Shown one piece after another: positions 54,001 to 64,000 of a stretch of DNA of 64,000 bases. Positions within the stretch are counted from its first letter, which is position 1; each line of letters starts with the position of its first letter. The notes beneath the pieces are model-generated. The model was not told the DNA's origin. It worked only from the letters and a program-made list of their open reading frames with translations, and did not search any database. The DNA comes from the human T2T-CHM13v2.0 reference genome, Homo sapiens. Made by a program: the position numbers and the translations under genes. The DNA lies in the NCBI RefSeq assembly GCF_009914755.1, contig NC_060944.1. One strand, written 5' to 3'.

Positions 54001-57000
54001 CATCACAAAGAAGTTTCTGAGAATGCTTCTGCTCTAGTTTTTTTTGTGAAGGTGTTTCCTTTTCCACCATAGGCCTCAAAGCGCTCCAAATATCCACTTT
54101 CAGATTCCTGAAAAAGAGTGTTTTAAAACTCCTCTATCAACATAAGTGTTCAACTCTGTGAGTTGAATGCACTCATCACAAAGATATTTCTGAGAATGCT
54201 TCCGCCTAGTTTTTATGGGTAGGTATTTCCTTTTCCACCATAAGCCTCAAAGCACTCCAAATATCCACTTTCAGATTCTGGAAAAAGAGTGATTTAAAAC
54301 TGCTCTATCAACAGAAAGGTTCGACTCTGTGAGTTGAATGCACTTATCACAAAGAAGTTTCTGAGAATGCTTCTGTCTAGTTTTTATGTGAAGATATTTC
54401 CTTTTCCACCATAAGCCTCAAAGCGCTCCAAATATCTACTTACAGATTCTACAAAAAGAGTTTCAAAACTGCTCTACAAAAGAAAGGTTCAACTCTGTGA
54501 GTTGAATTCACACATCACAAAGAAGTTTCAGAGAATGCTTCTGTCTAGTTTTTATGTGAAGATAATTCCTTTTACACCATAGGCCTCAAACCGCTCCAAA
54601 TATCCACTTGCAGATTCTGCAAAAAGACTTTTTCAAAACTGCTCAATCAAAGGAAAGGTCAACTCTGTGAGTTGAATGCACACAACACAAACAAGTTTCT
54701 GAGAATGCTGCTGTCTAGTTTTTATGTGCGGATATTTCCTTTTCCACCATAGGCATCAAAGCGCTCCAAATATCCAACTGCAGATTCTACAAAAAGAGTG
54801 TTTCAAAACTGCTCTATCAAAGAAAGGTTCAACTCTGTGAGTTGAATGCACACATCACAAAGACGTTTCTGAGAATGCTGCTGTCTAGATTTTATGTGCG
54901 GATATTTCGTTTTCCACCATAGGCATCAAAGCGCTCCAAATATCCAACCGCAGATTGTAGAAAAATAGTGTTTCAAAACTGCTCTATCAAAAAAAAAGTT
55001 TCAACTCTGTGAGATGAATGCACACATCACAAAGAAGTTTCTGAGAATGCTTCTGCTCTAGTTTTTTTTGTGAAGGTGTTTCCTTTTCCACCATAGGCCT
55101 CAAAGCGCTCCAAATATCCACTTTCAGATTCCTGAAAAAGAGTGTTTTAAAACTCCTCTATCAACATAAGTGTTCAACTCTGTGAGTTGAATGCACTCAT
55201 CACAAAGATATTTCTGAGAATGCTTCCGCCTAGTTTTTATGGGTAGGTATTTCCTTTTCCACCATAAGCCTCAAAACACTCCATATATCCACTTTCAGAT
55301 TCTAGAAAAAGAGTGATTTAAAACTGCTCTATCAACAGAAAGGTTCGACTCTGTGAGTTGAATGCACTTATCACAAAGAAGTTTCTGAGAATGCTTCTGT
55401 CTAGTTTTTATGTGAAGATATTTCCTTTTCCACCATAAGCCTCAAAGCGCTCCAAATATCTACCTACAGATTCTACAAAAAGAGTTTCAAAACTGCTCTA
55501 CAAAAGAAAGGTTCAACTCTGTGAGTTGAATTCACACATCACAAAGAAGTTTCAGAGAATGCTTCTGTCTAGTTTTTATGTGAAGATATTTCCTTTTACA
55601 CCATAGGCCTCAAAGCGCTCCAAATATCCAGTTGCAGATTCTGCAAAAAGACTTTTTCAAAACTGCTCAATCAAAGGAAAGGTCAACTCTGTGAGTTGAA
55701 TGCACACAACACAAACAAGTTTCTGAGAATGCTTCTGTCTAGTTTTTATGTGAAGATATTTCCTTTTACACCATAGGCCTCAAACTGCTCCAAATATCCA
55801 CTTGTGGATTCTACAAAAAGACTTTTTCAAAACTGCTCAATCAAAGGAAAGTTTCAACTCTGTGAGTTGAATGCACACAACACAAACAAGTTTCTGAGAA
55901 TGCTGCTGTCTAGATTTTATGTGCGGATATTTCGTTTTCCACCATAGGCATCAAAGCGCTCCAAATATCCAACCGCAGATTGTACAAAAATAGTGTTTCA
56001 AAACTGCTCTATCAAATAAAAAGGTTCAACTCTGTGAGTTGAATGCACACATCACAAAGAAGTTTCTGAGAATGCTTCTGCTCTAGTTTTTTTTGTGAAG
56101 GTGTTTCCTTTTCCACCATAGGCCTCAAAGCGCTCCAAATATCCACTTTCAGATTCCTGAAAAAGAGTGTTTTAAAACTCCTCTATCAACATAAATGTTC
56201 AACTCTGTGAGTTGAATGCACTCATCACAAAGATATTTCTGAGAATGCTTCCGCCTAGTTTTTATGTGTAGGTATTTCCTTTTCCACCATAGGCCTCAGA
56301 GCACTCCAAATATCCACTTTCAGATTCTAGAAAAAGAGTGATTTAAAACTGCTCTATCAACAGAAAGGTTCGACTCTGTGAGTTGAATGCACTTATCACA
56401 AAGAAGTTTCTGAGAATGCTTCTGTCTAGTTTTTATGTGAAGATATTTCCTTTTCCACCATAAGCCTCAAAGCGCTCCAAATATCTACTTACAGATTCTA
56501 CAAAAAGAGTTTCAAAACTGCTCTACAAAAGAAAGGTTCAACTCTGTGAGTTGAATTCACACATCACAAAGAAGTTTCAGAGAATGCTTCTGTCTAGTTT
56601 TTATGTGAAAATATTACCTTTTACACCATAGGCCTCAAACCGCTCCAAATATCCACTTGCAGATTCTGCAAAAAGACTTTTTCAAAACTGCTCAATCAAA
56701 GGAAAGGTCAACTCTGTGAGTTGAATGCACACAACACAAACAAGTTTCTGAGAATGCTGCTGTCTAGTTTTTATGTGCAGATATTTCCTTTTCCACCATA
56801 GGCATCAAAGCGCTCCAAATATCCAACTGCAGATTCTACAAAAAGAGTGTTTCAAAACTGCTCTATCAAAGAAAGGTTCAACTCTGTGAGTTGAATGCAC
56901 ACATCACAAAGACGTTTCTGAGAATGCTTCTGCTCTAGTTTTTTTGTGAAGGTGTTTCCTTTTCCACCATAGGCCTCAAAGCGCTCCAAATATCCACTTG

Positions 57001-60000
57001 CAGATTCTTCAGAAAGAGTGTTTCAAAACTGCTCAATCATAGGAAAAGTTCAACTCTGTGAGTTCAATGCACACAACACAAAGAAGTTTCTGAGAATGCT
57101 TCTGTCTAGTTTTTATGTGAAGATATTTCCTTTTACACCATAGGCCTCAAACTGCTCCAAATATCCACTTGTGGATTCTACAAAAAGACTTTTTCAAAAC
57201 TGCTCAATCAAAGGAAAGGTTAAACTCTGTGAGTTGAATGCACACAACACAAACAAGTTTCTGAGAATGCTGCTGTCTAGATTTAATGTGCGGATATTTC
57301 GTTTTCCACCATAGGCATCAAAGCGCTCCAAATATCCAACCGCAGATTGTACAAAAATAGTGTTTCAAAACTGCTCTATCAAAAAAAAAGGTTCAACTCT
57401 GCGAGTTGAATGCACACATCACAAAGAAGTTTCTGAGAATGCTTCTGTCTAGTTTTTATGTGAAGATATTTCCTTTTCCACCATAAGCCTCAAAGCGCTC
57501 CAAATATCTACTTACAGATTCTACAAAAAGAGTTTCAAAACTGCTCTACAAAAGAAAGGTTCAACTCTGCGAGTTGAATTCACACATCACAAAGAAGTTT
57601 CAGAGAATGCTTCTGTCTAGTTTTTATGTGAAGATATTACCTTTTACACCATAGGCCTCAAACCGCTCCAAATATCCACTTGCAGATTCTGCAAAAAGAC
57701 TTTTTCAAAACTGCTCAATCAAAGGAAAGGTCAACTCTGAGAGTTCAATGCACACAACACAAACAAGTTTCTGAGAATGCTGCTGTCTAGTTTTTATGTG
57801 CGGATATTTCCTTTTCCACCATAGGCATCAAAGCGCTCCAAATATCCAACTGCAGATTCTACAAAAAGAGTGTTTCAAAACTGCTCTATCAAAGAAAGAT
57901 TCAACTCTGTGAGTTGAATGCACACATCACAAAGACGTTTCTGAGAATGCTTCTGCTCTAGTTTTTTTTGTGACGGTGTTTCCTTTTCCACCATAGGCCT
58001 CAAAGCGCTCCAAATATCCACTTGCAGATTCTTCAGAAAGAGTGTTTCAAAACTGCTCAATCATAGGAAATGTTCAACTCTGTGAGTTGAATGCCCACAA
58101 CACAAAGAAGTTTCTGAGAATGCTTCTGTCTAGTTTTTATGTGAAGATATTTCCTTTTACACCATAGGCCTCAAACTGCTCCAAATATCCACTTGTGGAT
58201 TCTACAAAAAGACTTTTTCAAAACTGCTCAATCAAAGGAAAGGTTCAACTCTGTGAGTTGAATGCACACAACACAAACAAGTTTCTGAGAATGCTGCTGT
58301 CTAGATTTTATGTGCGGATATTTCGTTTTCCACCATAGGCATCAAAGCGCTCCAAACATCCAACCGCAGATTGTACAAAAATAGTGTTTCAAAACTGCTC
58401 TATCAAAAAAAATGGTTCAACTCTGTGAGTTGAATGCACACATCACAAAGAAGTTTCTGAGAATGCTTCTGCTCTAGTTTTTTTTTGTGAAGGTGTTTCC
58501 TTTTCCACCATAGGCCTCAAAGCGCTCCAAATATCCACTTTCAGATTCCTGAAAAAGAGTGTTTTAAAACTCCTCTATCAACATAAATGTTCAACTCTGT
58601 GAGTTGAATGCACTCATCACAAAGATATTTCTGAGAATGCTTCCGCGTAGTTTTTATGTGTAGGTATTTCCTTTTCCACCATAGGCCTCAGAGCACTCCA
58701 AATATCCACTTTCAGATTCTAGAAAAAGAGTGATTTAAAACTGCTCTATCAACAGAAAGGTTCGACTCTGTGAGTTGAATGCACTTATCACAAAGAAGTT
58801 TCTGAGAATGCTTCTGTCTAGTTTTTATGTGAAGATATTTCGTTTTGCACCATAAGCCTCAAAGCGCTCCAAATATCTACTTACAGATTCTACAAAAAGA
58901 GTTTCAAAACTGCTCTACAAAAGAAAGGTTCAACTCTGTGAGTTGAATTCACACATCACAAAGAAGTTTCAGAGAATGCTTCTGTCTAGTTTTTATGTGA
59001 AGATATTTCCTTTTACACCATAGGCCTCCAACCGCTCCAAATATCCACTTGCAGATTCTGCAAAAAGACTTTTTCAAAACTGCTCAATCAAAGGAAAGGT
59101 CAACTCTGTGAGTTGAATGCACACAACACAAACAAGTTTCTGAGAATGCTGCTGTCTAGTTTTTATGTGCGGATATTTCCTTTTCCACCATAGGCATCAA
59201 AGCGCTCCAAATATCCAACTGCAGATTCTACAAAAAGAGTGTTTCAAAACTGCTCTATCAAAGAAAGTTTCAACACTGTCAGTTGAATGCACACATCAAA
59301 AAGACGTTTCTGAGAATGCTTCTGCTCTAGTTTTATTTGTGACGGTGTTTCCTTTTCCACCATAGGCCTCAAAGCGCTCCAAATATCCACTTGCAGATTC
59401 TTCAGAAAGAGTGTTTCAAAACTGCTCAATCATAGGAAAAGTTCAACTCTGTGAGTTGAATGCACACAACACAAAGAAGTTTCGGAGAATGCTTCTGTCT
59501 AGTTTTTATGTGAAGATATTTCCTTTTACACCATAGGCCTCAAACCGCTCCAAATATCCACTTGTGGATTCTACAAAAAGACTTTTTCAAAACTGCTCAA
59601 TCAAAGGAAAGGTTCAACTCTGTGAGTTGAATGCACACAACACAAACAAGTTTCTGAGAATGCTGCTGTCTAGATTTTATGTGCGGATATTTCGTTTTCC
59701 ACCATAGGCATCAAAGCGCTCCAAATATCCAACCGCAGATTGTACAAAAATAGTGTTTCAAAACTCCTCTATCAAAAAAAAAGGTTCAACTCTGTGAGTT
59801 GAATGCACACATCACAAAGAAGTTTCTGAGAATGCTTCTGCTCTAGTTTTTTTTGTGAAGGTGTTTCCTTTTCCACCATAGGCCACAAAGCGCTCCAAAT
59901 ATCCACTTTCAGATTCCTGAAAAAGAGTGTTTTAAAACTCCTCTATCAACATAAATGTTCAACTCTGTGAGTTGAATGCACTCATCACAAAGATATTTCT

Positions 60001-63000
60001 GAGAATGCTTCCGCCTAGTTTTTATGTGTAGGTATTTCCTTTTCCACCATAGGCCTCAGAGCACTCCAAATATCCACTTTCAGATTCTAGAAAAAGAGTG
60101 ATTTAAAACTGCTCTATCAACAGAAAGGTTCGACTCTGTGAGTTGAATGCACTTATCACAAAGAAGTTTCTGAGAATGCTTCTGTCTAGTTTTTAAGTGA
60201 AGATATTTCCTTTTCCACCATAAGCCTCAAAGCGCTCCAAATATCTACTTACAGATTCTACAAAAAGAGTTTCAAAACTGCTCTACAAAAGAAAGGTTCA
60301 ACTCTGTGAGTTGAATTCACACATCACAAAGAAGTTTCAGAGAATGCTTCTGTCTAGTTTTTATGTGAAGATATTTCCTTTTACACCATAGGCCTCAAAC
60401 CGCTCCAAATATCCACTTGCAGATTCTGCAAAAAGACTTATTCAAAACTGCTCAATCAAAGGAAAGGTCAACTCTGTGAGTTGAATGCATACAACACAAA
60501 CAAGTTTCTGAGAATGCTGCTGTCTAGTTTTTATGTGCGGATATTTCCTTTTCCACCATAGGCATGAAAGCGCTCCAAATATCCAACTGCAGATTCTACA
60601 AAAAGAGTGTTTCAAAACTGCTCTATCAAAGAAAGGTTCAACTCTGTGAGTTGAATGCACACATCACAAAGACGTTTCTGAGAATGCTTCTGCTCTAGTT
60701 TTTTTGTGAAGGTGTTTCCTTTTCCACCATAGGCCTCAAAGCGCTCCAAATATCCACTTGCAGATTCTTCAGAAAGAGTGTTTCAAAACTGCTCAATCAT
60801 AGGAAAAGTTCAACTCTGTGAGTTGAATGCACACAACACAAAGAAGTTTCTGAGAATGCTTCTGTCTAGTTTTTATGTGAAGATATTTCCTTTTACACCA
60901 TAGGCCTCAAACTGCTCCAAATATCCACTTGTGGATTCTACAAAAAGACTTTTTCAAAACTGCTCAATCAAAGGAAAGGTTCAACTCTGTGAGTTGAATG
61001 CACACAACACAAACAAGTTTCTGAGAATGCTGCTGTCTAGATTTTATGTGCGGATATTTCCTTTTCCACCATAGGCATCAAAGCGCTCCAAATATCCAAC
61101 CGCAGATTGTACAAAAATAGTGTTTCAAAACTGCTCTATCAAAAAAAAAGGTTCAACTCTGTGAGTTGAATGCACACATCACAAAGAAGTTTCTGAGAAT
61201 GCTTCTGCTCTAGTTTTTTTTGTGAAGGTGTTTCCTTTTCCACCATAGGCCTCAAAGCGCTCCAAATATCCACTTTCAGATTCCTGAAAAAGAGTGTTTT
61301 AAAACTCCTCTATCAACATAAATGTTCAACTCTGTGAGTTGAATGCACTCATCACAAAGATATTTCTGAGAATGCTTCCGCCTAGTTTTTATGTGTAGGT
61401 ATTTCCTTTTCCACCATAGGCTTCAGAGCACTCCAAATATCCACTTTCAGATTCTAGAAAAAGAGTGATTTAAAACTGCTCTATCAACAGAAAGGTTCGA
61501 CTCTGTGAGTTGAATGCACTTATCACAAAGAAGTTTCTGAGAATGCTTCTGTCTAGTTTTTATGTGAAGATATTTCCTTTTCCACCATAAGCCTCAAAGC
61601 GCTCTAAATATCTACTTACAGATTCTACAAAAAGAGTTTCAAAACTGCTCTACAAAAGCAAGGTTCAACTCTGTGAGTTGAATTCACACATCACAAAGAA
61701 GTTTCAGAGAATGCTTCTGTCTAGTTTTTATGTGAAGATATTTCCTTTTACACCATAGGCCTCAAACCGCTCCAAATATCCACTTGCAGATTCTGCAAAA
61801 AGACTTTTTCAAAACTGCTCAATCAAAGGAAAGGTCAACTCTGTGAGTTGAATGCACACAACACAAACAAGTTTCTGAGAATGCTGCTGTCTAGTTTTTA
61901 TGTGCGGATATTTCCTTTTCCACCATAGGCATCAAAGCGCTCCAAATATCCAACTGCAGATTCTACAAAAAGAGTGTTTCAAAACTGCTCTATCAAAGAA
62001 AGGTTCAACTCTGTGAGTTGAATGCACACATCACAAAGACGTTTCTGAGAATGCTTCTGCTCTAGTATTTTTGTGAAGGTGTTTCCTTTTCCACCATAGG
62101 CCTCAAAGCGCTCCAAATATCCACTTGCAGATTCTTCAGAAAGAGTGTTTCAAAACTGCGCAATCATAGGAAAAGTTCAACTCTGTGAGTTGAAGGCACA
62201 CAACACAAAGAAGTTTCTGAGAATGCTTCTGCCTAGTTTTTATGTGAAGATATTTCCTTTTACACCATAGGCCTCAAACTGCTCCAAATATCCACTTGTG
62301 GATTCTACAAAAAGACTTTTTCAAAACTTCTCAATCAAAGGTAAGGTTCAACTCTGTGAGTTGAATGCACATAACACAAACAAGTTTCTGAGAATGCTGC
62401 TGTCTAGATTTTATGTGTGGATATTTCGTTTTCCACCATAGGCATCAAAGCGCTCCAAATATCCAACCGCAGATTGTACAAAAATAGTGTTTCAAAACTG
62501 CTCTATCAAATAAAAAGGTTCAACTCTGTGAGTTGAATGCACACATCACAAAGAAGTTCCTGAGAATGATTCTGCTCTAGTTTTTTTTGTGAAGGTGTTT
62601 CCTTTTCCACCATAGGCCTCAAAGCGCTCCAAATATCCACTTTCAGATTCCTGAAAAAGAGTGTTTTAAAACTCCTCTATCAACATAAATGTTCAACTCT
62701 GTGAGTTGAATGCACTCATCACAAAGATATTTCTGAGAATGCTTCCGCCTGGTTTTTATGTGTAGGTATTTCCTTTTCCACCATAGACCTCAGAGCACTC
62801 CAAATATCCACTTTCAGATTCTAGAAAAAGAGTGATTTAAAACTGCTCTATCAACAGAAAGGTTCGACTCTGTGAGTTGAATGCACTTATCACAAAGAAG
62901 TTTCTGAGAATGCTTCTGTCTAGTTTTTAAGTGAAGATATTTCCTTTTCCACCATAAGCCTCAAAGCGCTCCAAATATCTACTTACAGATTCTACAAAAA

Positions 63001-64000
63001 GAGTTTCAAAACTGCTCTACAAAAGAAAGGTTCAACTCTGTGAGTTGAATTCACACATCACAAAGAAGTTTCAGAGAATGCTTCTGTCTAGTTTTTATGT
63101 GAAGATATTTCCTTTTACACCATAGGCCTCAAACCGCTCCAAATATCCACTTGCAGATTCTGCAAAAAGACTTATTCAAAACTGCTCAATCAAAGGAAAG
63201 GTCAACTCTGTGAGTTGAATGCATACAACACAAACAAGTTTCTGAGAATGCTGCTGTCTAGTTTTTATGTGCGGATATTTCCTTTTCCACCATAGGCATG
63301 AAAGCGCTCCAAATATCCAACTGCAGATTCTACAAAAAGAGTGTTTCAAAACTGCTCTATCAAAGAAAGGTTCAACTCTGTGAGTTGAATGCACACATCA
63401 CAAAGACGTTTCTGAGAATGCTTCTGCTCTAGTTTTTTTGTGAAGGTGTTTCCTTTTCCACAATAGGCCTCAAAGCGCTCCAAATATCCACTTGCAGATT
63501 CTTCAGAAAGAGTGTTTCAAAACTGCTCAATCATAGGAAAAGTTCAACTCTGTGAGTTGAATGCACACAACACAAAGAAGTTTCTGAGAATGCTTCTGTC
63601 TAGTTTTTATGTGAAGATATTTCCTTTTACACCATAGGCCTCAAACTGCTCCAAATATCCACTTGTGGATTCTACAAAAAGACTTTTTCAAAACTGCTCA
63701 ATCAAAGGAAAGGTTCAACTCTGTGAGTTGAATGCACACAACACAAACAAGTTTCTGAGAATGCTGCTGTCTAGATTTTATGTGCGGATATTTCCTTTTC
63801 CACCATAGGCATCAAAGCGCTCCAAATATCCAACCGCAGATTGTACAAAAATAGTGTTTCAAAACTGCTCTATCAAAAAAAAAGGTTCAACTCTGTGAGT
63901 TGAATGCACACATCACAAAGAAGTTTCTGAGAATGCTTCTGCTCTAGTTTTTTTTGTGAAGGTGTTTCCTTTTCCACCATAGGCCTCAAAGCGCTCCAAA
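36091..64000 (-). repeat. Homogeneous 8-mer alpha-satellite HOR, 1365-1369 bp unit, about 20 unit-equivalents, no CENP-B box (SF4-like, probably inactive), continuing beyond the window
   Basis: The marker GTGGATTC recurs at 36166, 37531, 40265, 41633, 43000, 44366, 45733, 47099, 48464, 49830, 51025, 52391, 53756, 55804, 57171, 58195, 59564, 60931, 62298 and 63665, with a modal spacing of 1365-1369 (8 monomers). All eight monomers are A-type. Confidence 0.95.

Noticed and set aside
36091-64000. TTTCGTTTTCCACC in HOR monomer 2 as a CENP-B box
   Set aside because: It lacks the required CCCG..T....CGAA arrangement and is a single-base variant of the A-type pJalpha site.
36091-64000. Assigning the 8-mer to a named chromosome-specific HOR or to a species
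   Set aside because: This cannot be done reliably from memory. It needs HumAS-HMMER or alignment to T2T human and ape assemblies.

Overview
This is primate (human or great-ape type) pericentromeric heterochromatin, and it contains no credible intact protein-coding gene. From left to right: (1) 1-883 is non-alpha DNA with a GT/CT microsatellite that resembles the FAM27/SST1-type pericentromeric repeat. (2) 884-12851 is divergent 171-bp alpha satellite on the + strand, with irregularly mixed CENP-B-box (B-type) and pJalpha (A-type) monomers (SF5/R1-R2-like) and a 5'-truncated L1PA2/3 with a 15-bp target-site duplication (TSD). (3) A strand switch lies at about 12852. (4) 12858-28255 is the same kind of satellite on the - strand, with nested young tandem duplications of 1197 bp (7 monomers) and 3756 bp (22 monomers), older 9/12/13-monomer paralogies and a ~130-bp L1 3' fragment. 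(5) 28250-32512 is a 4.26-kb dead L1PA2/3 without a TSD, sitting exactly where the satellite family changes. (6) 32508-36090 is divergent A-type-only monomers grading into (7) a homogeneous ~1367-bp 8-mer higher-order repeat (HOR) with no CENP-B box (SF4-like, probably inactive), which runs off the window end and has 3/5/6/7-mer structural variants and a 16-mer super-period. Nearly all ORFs in the track are satellite or L1 translation artefacts. I found no new gene-based system. The interest is structural: an in-register inversion junction, small lesions clustering at the conserved TTCAACTC-ACA-GAGTTGAA dyad, a datable series of nascent-HOR duplications, and the internal 3+2+3 make-up of the 8-mer. 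All comparisons were made by eye, and family names come from recall and need HMM or RepeatMasker confirmation.
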